Below are positions 11,471-23,563 of a DNA stretch of 64,000 nt, in pieces. The DNA comes from Nemertoderma westbladi (taxonomy: Eukaryota; Animalia; Xenacoelomorpha), in contig JAUCBJ010001570.1 in assembly GCA_032718475.1 (NCBI GenBank), positions 1-64,000 of the forward strand, read 5' to 3'. The notes below the pieces were generated by a model that was given only the letters and a program-made list of their open reading frames with translations, was not told the origin of the DNA and did not search any database. The number at the start of each line of letters is the position of its first letter. Position 1 is the first letter of the stretch. The position numbers and the translations under genes were made by a program.

Positions 11471-13229
11471 AAAACTTAATTTATCTACATCAATTAGTAT
11501 CATTTTTTCGTGTGTATGATCTTCCGACCACTTATATAATTGGATATCATTATGTAGAGAGTCTAAAAAGTCTTGAATACAGTTATTATCATTCGTCTTT
11601 GTAAAGGTTTTCAAATAAAATTTTGGTGGATCGATTAATTCACTACTAGGGACAACTAAATAACTTACGGCACACAGAATATGCTTCTGACTAAATTTAC
11701 TGTTGCAGACTGGCTCCAAAATAGATTCTATGTCAAAATATATTACAAACAATGCCAGTAGTGTCTAAATTTCTAAAGCTAATGTGAGTTCTTTTTTCAG
11801 ATGGTAGCTTCTCAACTTGACTCGAACCATGATAACAAGCAAGACGGTGACGTTCTAGAACATCCTTGCTGTAGAAATGAGTTTAACCCCCTTTCACAAT
11901 ATTTCCTACATCCAATATGCTTACCTCTTGTATTCATCAACCGATTCAGGTTAGTTATACAAACATAATGATTTTGTTTACATTTATTCTTATTTTTTAC
12001 AAGTAATATATTCAATAACTCTTTATCTGGCGTAATTTTTCTAAATGGTGCCTGTTTTAATATAGATACTCGATTGTTATCCCAGAGTAATAAATTGATT
12101 ATATATTTTGAAATTTGTTTTTCAAAAAGTTTAATCGCTAACTGCCATTCTGTTGGATAATCCATCATCATTATCATCATCATCATTATTATACATCGTT
12201 TATCCGATAGAGCCTTGGGTAAATCCATATATCCTTGACCTTTATATTCCAGTGACTAAGGCCCCCCTCACACGGAGCAACTTGTTTCTGAAACTTGTTG
12301 CTGGACTCCCTCACACACAGAAACAAGTTGCGGAAACAAGTTGCAGAAACTTGTTGCTGGAGTCCTCACACACAGAAACAAGTTTCGGAAACAAGTTGCA
12401 GCAACAAGTTTCTGTGTGTGAGGGGGTCCAGCAACAAGTTGCAGAAACAAGTTGCTCCGTGTGAGGGGGGCCTTAGACTTGGATTCGGCTACTTTAATTT
12501 CCACTCTTAATAAAGATTTAATGCGCCACCCTGAGCCTCGTGTGTTAAACATAGCTATTTTTTGCAATAAATTTTCTAGTACATACTCAAACCAAATATT
12601 GAAACTTTTATGAGAATCTACGGTATTAACTGCACCACCTGAAGAACTAAAATAGAGTTTCTAATTGCTCACCCTCCGAAAAATGTGATCGATAAATGAG
12701 TATATTCACACCTAGCCATGGTCTATGTACATTCATTTTGCTAAGTTTTCCTAATAATAACTTTTCAATATTAGGGAGAATTTTTACTATCGATGAATGA
12801 ATGTTGGGAAAATCTTCATCAGTTGGAAGATTGTAAACATAGATTTCTAAACGGTTATCGTGTGCGGCTCGTTCGACACTAAAAATTGATGGACCTTGAC
12901 CGGATTTCAGTCTTTTTCTAGATGCAACAGTATTGTTTTGGTTCCGTCGTGGTGGTCTAACATGATAATAACGTTAGTGACAGTCGTGACGTAAATAATT
13001 CTCATATGAATACTCTTTATTACAAGTAGATAAAGTCTTTTGATACACGCAAAACTTCATTTTCTCTACAACCTGTAGTTGATTCATGTCATTTACAAAT
13101 TTATTCGCGTGAAGTTGTAACATGACATTTAAAACAATAATAAACATTGAAATGTGACTTCAGGTGAGTTAAATAATTATGTTTAGAAATTTCACGTTCG
13201 CAAAATGGACATGTCAATAGTTTATCCAT
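11453..13229 (-). pseudogene. N-terminal part of protein-primed DNA polymerase B (pPolB), fragmented
   Basis: Fragments in the expected order: C2H2 finger (CPFC...HLKSH, ATG 13229), RGSGW, GYMDLPKALSDKRCII, NHYVCITNLNRL...KYCER, ExoI YFDIES...HILCAVSY. The polymerase domain is missing. Confidence 0.75.
12260..12472. mobile_element. PIF/Harbinger-type MITE inserted in pPolB
   Basis: TIRs GGCCCCCCTCACACGGAGCAACTTGTTTCTG / CAGAAACAAGTTGCTCCGTGTGAGGGGGGCC flanked by TAA and TTA; 213 bp + 3 bp preserves the pPolB frame. Confidence 0.85.
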
Positions 13230-13777
13230 ATCTTTATTATCCTAAAAACAATTTAAAATTAATATGAATATATTGTTGTTATATATAATCAAAAAATTCA
13301 TAAGCTACTCAACACAAATAAAATATAATATTTAAACTTTAATTGATTCAATATTTTCAGATTGAGCTAGATTGAATCAGTTGAGCTCTTTATATATATT
13401 TCAAGTTTCTACTTATACCAATCATAAATAACTGTTACATTGGAAACTAATATCATAAATAAAGTTGCTTTTACAACTGAATTCTTTATAATAAAATCAA
13501 GTCTAAACCAGGATGTACATAATGCGTTTTTATTTCATTGATAAAGTAGCCTTTACATGCTAATGTTTTATTATAATATCAGGTGTAAACTCATGCATTT
13601 ACATGCGAATGTTTTATACCTAATCCCATGCTCACATTAAATATAAACTATCACCAATATTTACTGAATAAAGTCACCTTTACATGCAAATACTTTATAA
13701 TAATCATGCTTTGTGTTAAAAGTTACCTTTACTAGTCAGTGTGAAACTGAAAAAAAAAGTCTCTAGTTAATAATAAA

Positions 13778-14440
13778 TCAATCTGATACTGCTTTTACAT
13801 GTTCCTTGTTGTAATCTGCTACCACTTTGCTTGCTTTTGTAACTTTTCTTTTCTTTGTAGGTATAGATTCATTGTTGGGTTTGGAAGATGTTCGTGACGT
13901 AGATCTGCACTTTCTATCACTCGGTGTCTCTTCGATGTATGTCTTTGGATTAAATGTGGATGAAACTGCTTCTGGAAATGGAATATTAACCTTCCAAATT
14001 GGTTGATGTAGAATTGCGGAACCGTCTGCATCAGTTGATGAAACCTTTTCCATCATATTGTTGAGAAACTCTATATGTTGTATGTCTTTATCGTAATGTA
14101 ACTCCAAATATTTGCTTTCCTTGTCTGTAATAATTACTTTTTTTTCTTGTACATTTATTTTTACTTTAAGTCAGTCAGATAAAGCTTTACCGCTCGTATC
14201 TAGCTCTGGAAAGACACCTTCGTTACTAATTTCATAATTCCATTCATACCACAATGAATTTACTTCCGATGCTGTTAAGTTAAACCCATTATAATACCTA
14301 AGACCAATAGCGTCAGAATATCTAGCAGAAATCTCCCATAGTCCCATATAAGCCCCGCCTTTATATTTGCTTACAAAACCAACAAAAGATGGGTTGGTTA
14401 AATTAACAACAGAATACTGATTTATTATTTCGAGTGGTGG
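13778..14440 (-). pseudogene. Polinton-associated ORF with one internal stop, possible PC4-like ssDNA-binding domain
   Basis: Frame FVGFVSKYKGGAYMGLWEI...NGFNLTASEVNSLW...ALSD*LKVKINV... continues in frame into ORF 13778-14107, which ends in a basic low-complexity tail. Confidence 0.4.
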
Positions 14441-14779
14441 TATAGAAATTCTAATATTTTTGTCTTACTCTGAAGCAATAAATTAATGAGTGATTTGTTT
14501 AGAATTTGACATTTGCCTCGCTTCTGAAGATATACGTTTTCAGAAATATCGCAGATGGAAATATTTAAATTTCCTATTGTAAATTCTATATTAGGATAAA
14601 TATTGCCTCTTGAAACTCTAGACTCTAGAAGGTAGAGTGTATCCTGGTAAGAGAAGCACGTTGTTACATTGCTATCACTTGAGTGTAATATAAAGAACTT
14701 GCCATAAACAATACTACAGGTATATTTATTACATGTAAATTTCCAAGTATTGCTTGAACTTTTTTTAAGTAAATCCATA
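14425..14779 (-). CDS. Hypothetical Polinton-associated protein (~117 aa from MDLLKK)
   Basis: Open frame co-oriented and tightly packed with neighbouring element ORFs; no recognised motif. Confidence 0.3.
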
Positions 14780-15269
14780 ATTAGAATGAAAACTATTTTG
14801 AAAAATAAAACTACAGAAATGATTATTAGAATGTAAAACTTCGGATTATATAGATTTATTGTAATAACATATGGTTGATTTATTACATCAGTGTGACTTG
14901 GAGAGTGGAATAGTAATAACGTGTAACAGATGCAATGTGTACGGTAAAATTGTACAATGCAATGCAATGCAATGGTAATGCTGGGCTATGGTTGACTCTG
15001 ATCCGAGAACGTATCTACATATACTACTCCCACTAAGTAGCCTACAATTAGTAAGTAAGTAAGTACAATTTACAAAGTACAGAAGTGCTTTTCCCCAATC
15101 GACCGACACTCCTTCTGACAATTAGGCCGTACCGACATACCTTTTGGCTATGGGAGAGTGTTAGCCAATGAGGTGAGCTTATTGAAGGACCAATATATAT
15201 TTTAATTAACAAGCCAGGGAAGCGGCACTTAAACAACAACTGGGCAGTAAAAGGTTAAAATATAGACAA

Positions 15270-16090
15270 AGAATAATTATGTAAAAAGTATTAAAAGCAC
15301 GAAAATTTAGAATTCCTTGGTTACGTTACAACTGAGGATTGATCTTGGTTGCTAACTCAGTAAGGCTGCGCGAATTTCCTGGACAATCCAGCAAGTGTAG
15401 AAGAGGAGCCGCTCCACCGCACAACTTGCAATGGCAATCTGGGGAAATATCGTGGAAAACAGTAGATTGGCAGACTAGATGGTGAAAGCCGTGAATCGAG
15501 AAGCGTGCGATTATGTGTCTGGATTCAGATCTTGGCTCGGTCCAGTTCCTAAACTGTAGGAAATAATAGGTAGAATTTTAATGTTAAAATGCTTTATGGC
15601 TGTCGAAAGAGATAACAATCGTGGGTTCTTTATGGAATGAGTTACTGCTAGAGATTTAGTGAATACCTTAAGGATGTGATGGGAAAATGAAAAAGTAGGT
15701 TGAAAAACAACGCCTAGGTAGGTGTAAGAGTTTGTGATTTTGATGGGGTTGCCGTTGTACTTGAATGAATCTAATTTACTAAGCCGACCTTCGCGGCGAA
15801 ATTTCATTATTTCGGTCTTCAGGAGGTTCACCTGAAGTCCATTATTAGATGACCATTCCGCAATGGCGTCTAGGGCCGCCTGCAGCCCCTCTCTGGTGTC
15901 ACTAATGACAAGAAGATCGTCCGCAAACAGGAATATTATTACTGCCGAGGCTGCCGAGGCCGCTTGTTTGATTACATTAATAAGGTCCCAGATGTAGAGT
16001 ATAAAGAGTAAGGGACTAAGCGGATCACCTTGGGCAAGGCCCCTTATCTGGTGTATTAACTTCGATTTCCTGAGCCCATTGAAGGACCAA
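15270..16090 (-). mobile_element. 5'-truncated non-LTR retrotransposon (LINE) RT with C-terminal zinc knuckle
   Basis: GLAQGDPLSPLLF, LFADD, YTYLG; another frame gives HGFHHLVC...CKLCGGAAPLLHLLDC at ~15380-15500. Confidence 0.88.
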
Positions 16091-16802
16091 TTAATTAGTA
16101 GCCCAGAAATACTTCCATATGCTGAAATGACACCCCAATTGGAAATATGCCACCGGTACACGGTTCAGTAACTGTGTTATTGTAATGGAAATAAAGTAAT
16201 CTTAATTTGGCGACATAGTAAATGCAACAATGTTTACAGTTATATTAACACCTAATTCATTTTAATATTTATTTTCACCTGGTTGCATGTATGGTTATTA
16301 TTAAACGATATAACTGTTATCGTCTGTTTTCCCTACATTCAAAGTGTTTTCGCCCGTTTTTGACTGTTATTTCACGATCTAGTACTATCCGGTTGAAAAA
16401 CATGACGATTTTAAAAAAATATTGAGATTACAAATACATGTATTGAGATCATAAAAATATAGTTGGTGTTCTAAGAAAAATTTAGAAAGCTTGGCTTTTA
16501 GTGAAAGCCTGGTATTCTTCACATATCACCAGGCGGTTAACTTTAAAGTGAAATATAACAGCAGAAAGTCTGGTATACTTAACATGGGCCAACATGTCGG
16601 ACGTAGAAAAAAACATTTCGGCCGAAAAATTTATGCCGAAAATTGTGGCCGTAAAAAACCACCTTTCGGCCGAGAACGAAGAATTTCGGTCGAAAAATTT
16701 GATTATTTTTCATTAAAAAAAAACTCTTATAATCTCAATATTTTTTGTAATCTAGAAATTGTATTATTGAATGGGATTGATTGGCCCGTTAAGCCAAGAA
16801 AT

Positions 16803-17262
16803 ACCTGTTCACCACCATGGGTGATCTTCCACAGTATCCCTCCACTCTGTTTCCCAAAGGAATGCCTGTTCTCCACCATGGGTGATCTTCCACAGTAAAC
16901 CCTTCCACTCTGTTTCCTAAAGGAATGCCTGTTCACCACCATGGGTGATCTTCCACAGTAAACCCTTACACTCTGTTTCCTAAAAGGAATGCCTGTTCAC
17001 CACCATGGGTGATCTTCCACAGTAAACCCTTTCACTCTGTTTCCCAAAGGAACGCCTCTTCACCACCATGGGTGATCTTCCACAGTAAATCCTTCTACTC
17101 TGTTTCCTTAAGGAGTGCCTGTTCACCACTCTGGGTGATCTTCCACAGTAAACCCTTCCACTCTGTTTCCTAAAGGAACGCCTATTCACCACCATGTGTG
17201 ATCTTCCACAGTAAACCCTTCCACTATCTGTTTCCCAAAGGAACGCCTGTTCACCACCATGG
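16803..17262. repeat. 63-bp minisatellite, ~7 copies
   Basis: Unit TTCACCACCATGGGTGATCTTCCACAGTAAACCCTTCCACTCTGTTTCCTAAAGGAATGCCTG at spacings of 61-64 bp. Confidence 0.95.
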
Positions 17263-18540
17263 AACCAGGGCTTCCTAATTGGAAGCCTAGGAATATCACC
17301 ACTAGACTAAGCTGCTGCAATAATACAATTAATTGTATTAGTTAAGCCTATTGTAATCTCAATTTGTAAATCTCAATATACATTTACTACTGTATTTGTA
17401 TTCTCACTTATACACTATAGGCCTACAGTACTATCAATATAAGCTATGTCTAATCTCAATACAGTTCAGTTCGCCTTTCACCAACCACTTCCGCCCCTTC
17501 ATAGATCCCTTTATAACCGTTATGCCAGTGCGTGTTCGGTATGCCTGCCTATTATTATCATTACTGTATTGCTTCAGTCAGTATTTACCTACCTGTATTG
17601 CTGTAGGCCTATTGTGAATTGCAGTATTGCTGTATTGAACTGAACTGTTGAACTGTATTACTGTTGTATTGCTGTATTGAACTGTATTACTGTTGTATTG
17701 CTGTATTGAGCTGTATTACTGTCGTATTGCATATTGTTGTATTGCTTGACTATTCGATGTAAGATGTTGATATCAGTGAAAGTGGATTATTAATACCATG
17801 CAGCCATAAACAACATAGGCTACACATGACTGCATGACAGCATGATACCAGCATACTGACAAAGGTAAGTCTATCTGTGTACCGGTAGGTCAATACCGGT
17901 AGCTCACAGTCAGACAGTTATCCTCACCGCTCACCTCACCTCTGGCAGTCTGGTATTTTCGTATCCCAGCAGCTACCAGGCAGCCAGGCTACAGACTGAC
18001 AGAGCTAGGCCTAGCAGCCTAGGCATGTCAGCATGTAGGCTACTATGCCCTATCTGCCTATGTTATTGTTACGAAAATAATTAATAACAGCTGATTACCG
18101 GTCTGCCGGTGTAGCAGAAAATTTCCACCCCGGTCCCCGGGCACCCCCCTAAAAATTCACCTCCCGCTCCCCTCCCGGTACAGCGGTCTGGCGGTAGGCA
18201 GTAGGCCTATAAATTCCCTAGCGGGTCCTACGGACAGACGAATTACCCAAAAAAACACAATACAGCAATATTAGGTGTTAGGCCTACCCAAAAAACTAGG
18301 CCTACCCAAAAGACAAAAAAATTATTCATAATCAATCAACAATGCAGCAATGTATCTACTATAATTATTTATGGTTAACTGTAAGTCGAAGAGTTTCACT
18401 TTTCAGTTTTCGATTTTCACTTTTTTCAAAATATTACATTTTGTTCATTTGAAAATTCATTTAATGACCTACTGCCACCGGTAAGCCTACCCAGACTGCC
18501 AGACAGCATACACATACAGTCCTGCAGTCGGTGAGACTTG

Positions 18541-18813
18541 AGTCCAAAATTGGACTTCGACGCCAGTTCAAGTCCAAAATGGGACTTCTGTGAGTCCAAT
18601 ATTGAACTTCAAATCAGCCAATTCAGCAATTGTTCCAGGGCCTTGGGTACCGGTAATTGGATCGGGTGGGATTTTTTTTTATATCGAAAGTATATCAAAA
18701 AATAAGAGTTTTGAACAGGGGGACCCGAAATTCACCAGGCGTTTGGAACTTTTTTATAATGCTTGGAATTTTTACAAAAGTCCAATATTGGACTTCAAGT
18801 CCAATTTTGGACT
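18541..18813. mobile_element. Putative MITE with palindromic AGTCCAAWATTGGACT terminal motifs
   Basis: AGTCCAAAATTGGACTT at left, AAGTCCAATTTTGGACT at right, plus additional subterminal copies at both ends. Confidence 0.55.
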
Positions 18814-19043
18814 TTAGGTAGGACAGTAGGACATTGAGAATCAAACTTAAAGGTACACGAAGTGAAGATGAAGCATGACAGATGACAGATGAGAGACAGC
18901 TATTAAGTTATGGAAAGTTACCTTTGCAGCTCTGTATGTATCTTCAGCGTATTGTACTTAGAATATAATGGTACATTCTTGCATTCTAGGTGCTTTACTT
19001 TTCAGCTTTTAGCATATTGTTTACATTCATGTTATGCAGGTGA

Positions 19044-19631
19044 CAGACCGAGCGTAATCAGGATCGAATGTAACTTAGTTTTTACGAATCGAACGTAACC
19101 TCAATTATGTTACATTGGATCCTATAACTATGTTAGGGAATGTTACATTCGATCTACAAATTACTAAGCTCGAATGTAACATTGCCATTTATTTCAGTTG
19201 TGTTTTGATTTCAGGAGTTAACCGATGAAATGCTTCGTTTATTTACAGGTAGAAACAGTTTGGTGTTGGTGAGTACAAAACAAAGACCCAAGACCCAATT
19301 ACGTAACCTGCATAATCTTGTAACATGTGTTAACTTTCGTTCATTGTTTTGGTTCCCCCAACACGCCTCTGTAACCTGCTCCTTTCAGCCTTTAAATAAA
19401 AGTAACCTGCAGAATCTTGTAACATGTGTTAACTTTCGTTTATTGTTTTGGTTCCCCCAAAACACCTCTGTAACGGTAACCTGCTCCTTTAAATCTGTAA
19501 ATGGCAATGTTACATTCGGGTAATTTGTAGATCGAATGTAACATAGTTATAGGATCCAATGTAACATAATTGAGGTTACGTTCGATACGTAATAACTATG
19601 TTACATTCGATCCTGATTACGTTCGGTCATG
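19044..19631. mobile_element. MITE/foldback with ~130-bp TIRs (possibly Tc1/mariner-type) and an internal direct duplication
   Basis: GACCGAGCGTAATCAGGATCGAATGTAAC... mirrored by ...GTTACATTCGATCCTGATTACGTTCGGTC; internal repeat ~19302-19390 / ~19402-19490. Confidence 0.8.
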
Positions 19632-20179
19632 TATCCCACACTGCACACCACCTCCTATTTTCTACACATTTTTTAATACCGATATTTTTCCATTTCACCT
19701 AGAGCAAAATTTCATCAGCATTCCAAATCTGAAGTCTGTTTGTTCATAGCTTGTTCCGGTATCGAGACATCGGCCTATAAGACTACTCTAGAGTACTGTA
19801 GTTAGTAGTAGTCAGTAGTACCGTCCGTAGAACCTTATAGTTGTACAGTACAGGACAGTTAGACAGTAATGTTACTTATAGGCCTGCCTGTCCTGCATTC
19901 AGTCGCTCCGTAGTCTGTCTATCAGTCTGTATGCTGAATTTCTATGGAATTATTTAGTTGCGAGGGCTGTCCCGTCCACTGCACCTTTGAGTGCATGATG
20001 GAAGTAAGATTGGACGATATAAAGAAGGTTTCATCGGAAGATGTGTGGTCTTGGTGGTGCCGACCCCGACATGGTATGGTTCCTGAGGAAACATCGGAAT
20101 GTGGAATGCAGCTATTGCCACAAGCCTATGATAGATAACTGCAACTCTTGATTCGAAGTCGAAACAACGACCAGGGTCT

Positions 20180-20475
20180 CAGATTGTATATTGGCGCTGC
20201 TCTACGAGACCATGTAGGATGTAGGAAGGGTTACCATCCAGCGAAATAGTCGGAGTCTGGTGCATTCCTCGGACTGGGCGGGAAACTGGTCCACCAGACG
20301 TCCATTGGACTGCAAAGCCTCGTCCATTGCATTGCAATGTCCTGCAAAGCGGAGGCGGCTTTGTTCTAATGTCAAGCTTGAGGCAGTGGGGAACCAATGA
20401 GACACCTCCAGCTGCAATGTTATATAGTCTCGGTTGGAGATGTGTGCATTGTACTTGATACAGTGAATCCGGCGT
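20180..20475 (-). mobile_element. Degenerate RTE-type LINE 3' fragment
   Basis: RRIHCIKYNAHISN...LEQSRLRFAGHC; same family as 52240-52614. Confidence 0.75.
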
Positions 20476-21890
20476 TTCTAACCAAAACTATTTGTCAATA
20501 AACATTAATTCAATAACATAGGTTACAGTAGTCTTATTTTTGCAATACCACAGGTACGGGTATGAATGAACTATACAGCTATAATTCAACTACCGCTACA
20601 GCGGTATACACCGCTATGGCTATCGCAAAGCCATACCACTACCGCAAAAAGTAACTAACTGTACGTGTACGATCCCTGCTTATCTACTTATATTAATTAA
20701 TTTGATCATTAAACAGTTAAAATAATATTGCATTGTAATTATGTAATATATTGTATGTTCCTTTTTATTGTTAGTTATTTAATTCATTAATTAGGCAATG
20801 TAGATAATTTTAGAAATGTTATAGATCGCAATTTATGTTGCAAGTAGCCCCGTTTTACGGTACCGGTATAGACCTACTATTAATTTAAATACAACACCGA
20901 TAGTAGAGTATTATTGTACCCAGAAGTCTCATCCCAAAAGACCAGGTTTTAGCAGCACATTGAATAATGTGTAGGCCGAAGGGATATTGTGTACCTGTTG
21001 TGTGTGCTCCTATCACCCTATATTATTGTATTATCGATGCTATCATGGCGGTCAGATGTACGTACATGGCCAGGCCAGTGCAGTGCAACGAGGTTGGTAA
21101 TGGGCGCGAGTGCTGTACTGAATCAGTACTGTACTGAATCATCATAAACGACCAGTGATACGTTAAACACCGGGCTCAAGGCGAAATAATCTCTCTCTCT
21201 CTCTTGGCTGTTACATGGAAGGCAATGAAGGGAAGGCTATACAGCAACAGCTATATGGAGAAATCGATGTTAAATAAACTAATGACCAGTCCGACCTCGT
21301 TATTTGAAATGTGTTTTTCATTTCTATTTGTATTGGAAGCAATACACCGGGAGTGAGAATACAGTATGGAAATTTAACCGGGGGGGGGGGGGGGGGGGAT
21401 TGCATGAGGAGTAAAAGTTATCTGTTACACACCGGTACTCCAAATTCCAAAAATAAAACTGTAAACTGTTCTATTGACTTTAATTTTCTGATTTTGTTAG
21501 AATATCGCTGTTGTGCTACTGTAACCTCATCCTTTCCCTTCAATGGGAAAACAAAATTTTGTAGTACACACTGCTGCACTGACACAGTGGAAGTCTAAAA
21601 CTGCTTCTGGATACTAACACCAGTCAATTGAAATTCGTATAATTTCGACAAACAGACTTATGATACTACAATTATCAACGTAGCGGCCGTTTGCCTATCG
21701 ATAGCGAGCTGGCTTAAATAAATCTATCTATATCCAATGGTTTTTTCCGGAGAGTCTGAAACTTTCTCATTTCATTCATTCCATTTAAAAATGGTAGTCC
21801 CACATAAAATTGCTGAAAAATTCTGATACAACAGTACCTTATTACTTTAATAATATTAAAATAATAAGGTACTGTTGTTCCAGAATTTTT

Positions 21891-22021
21891 CATCAATGAC
21901 GTATCGTCGGCAAACAGGTAGTTATGAAAGATGTACCTGACGGCAGGTCGACATATTATGTCGACCTGCCGTCAGGTAAGTCTTTCATAACTACCTGTTT
22001 GCTGACGATACGTCATTGATG
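21891..22021. repeat. 131-bp near-perfect palindrome (foldback)
   Basis: CATCAATGACGTATCGTC...GGTCGACATA / TATGTCGACC...GACGATACGTCATTGATG; ~65-bp arms, about 3 mismatches, essentially no spacer. Confidence 0.95.
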
Positions 22022-22716
22022 TGCTTCTGCGACAATTGTCGGAAACTCACAATCGGTAAATACTAGAGTGAAATAGTTAAAATTTCTGGTAACACATCGA
22101 AAAAAAACGGATTAAAATCAATGAGACGGGAGAACCAGTCCAGTCGCCCTCTAGCGGCAGACTGGAGAACTACAGGTATTATATCTACATTTTATATGAG
22201 ATATTGCATTAAATTTAATTCTATTTGTTACCTTGATTTTGCAGTTGTATATAATTGATATTTTGGATCTCCAATATTGTGTCAATTGCATACCGCTATC
22301 TATTTGCGTTAAAGTTCAACCTGCAATCGGAATGCGCATTTAGCCCAGAATCGCAATGAAGTTTAATTTCCTCCCCGTCGCAAACTAAATATCATCGCTG
22401 GCAATCAAAACATTTTATTATAATTACAGGTTAGCTGAGACTATATATAATATATATTATATGTAGGTAATAGATATAGACTTTAGATACGTTTACGGTA
22501 CGCCAGCAGGCTAGATTTTTAGGTTTTATTAAGGCCCGTAATCCCAATCCCGACCCAACTAGGCCTCTGTTATGTATGTATATTGTATAGTTATAAATTG
22601 CATTTATAAAACTATTATATCGTGGCCATAGAGCAAGAACAACACACACCTAAAACTCGTTTTGAAGAAAAAGCCAAAAAATTATTTAATTTGCGTCAGT
22701 ATGAGAACATTACATA

Positions 22717-22787
22717 GGCGTTCATAAAGTATGTCACGCACTAGGGGGGGGGGGGTTAGAGCTTGCGTGACATACTTTATGAACGCC
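22717..22787. mobile_element. Tiny MITE-like inverted repeat with central poly-G
   Basis: 24-bp perfect arms GGCGTTCATAAAGTATGTCACGCA / TGCGTGACATACTTTATGAACGCC. Confidence 0.7.
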
Positions 22788-23196
22788 CACATATGAAAAT
22801 TAACATTACTCCATATCTCTGCGGGTTGTTTATACCTCCCAGATTTAGTCGCAAGAGATATAACAATTTCCATGGCTTGGTTTGTGTGATACGGGTTGTT
22901 TCACTTAAACGTTGTGTGGGTTGTTCTGATTCTCCTATTATCTCAATATTCTCCATATCTTCCAAATAAACCAGTATACAACTCTAGGATTTCAACATGA
23001 TGCATTCATCCAACGAAACGGTACACCGCGCGATGTACCGCAGGGTCAGCGGTACACCGCTGAGTGTGAACGACTCTGCGGTATACGAGCGGTGTCTGTA
23101 CGGTAAATAATTTTGATTACCGTTGAATGTGAACGACCCAACAGGTAGTTGTGCGACCGAATCCTATTGAAATAATGTTAATAAAATAAATAAAAT

Positions 23197-23563
23197 GACG
23201 AATTGATGGTTGCCACACAAGACTACAAAGGGCAGCCCTAAACATCAGCTGGAGATAACACATGACAAACGCCGAGCTTTATGGTACAATACCACCTGTA
23301 TCAACCACCCTCCGTGAACGCAGATTAAGATTCAGTGGGCACTGCTGGCGAAGTAAAGACGATGTCATACCAGATCTACTTTTCTGGCAACCAACTCATG
23401 GAAAGCGTAGTCGTGGACGACCGGCCATAACATATATAGATCAACTTGAAAGGGATACTGAACTTGGGAGAAACGAAATTGCGACAACAATGGAGAATCG
23501 GGAATCCTGGAAGGATCTCATTTCCACTGTCCGAGTTCACTCGACCTAGTAGTATTAGTAGTA
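23197..23563 (+). mobile_element. RTE-clade LINE 3' fragment with (TAG)n tail
   Basis: LRERRLRFSGHCWR...GKRSRGRP; highly similar to 54515-54874; ends TAGTAGTATTAGTAGTA. Confidence 0.88.

Larger units (their letters stand above)
9546..14800. mobile_element. Decayed Polinton/Maverick (adintovirus-like) endogenous element; boundaries approximate
   Basis: Compact AT-rich intronless cluster of packaging ATPase, pX-like protein, retroviral-like integrase and pPolB remnants; no capsid or protease genes or TIRs recognised. Confidence 0.85.

Noticed and set aside
21380-21398. Poly-G tracts here and at ~22744, ~27670, ~34543 and ~56644 as functional G-quadruplexes
   Set aside because: Simple homopolymers, mostly within repeat remnants; lengths are error-prone and there is no supporting context.
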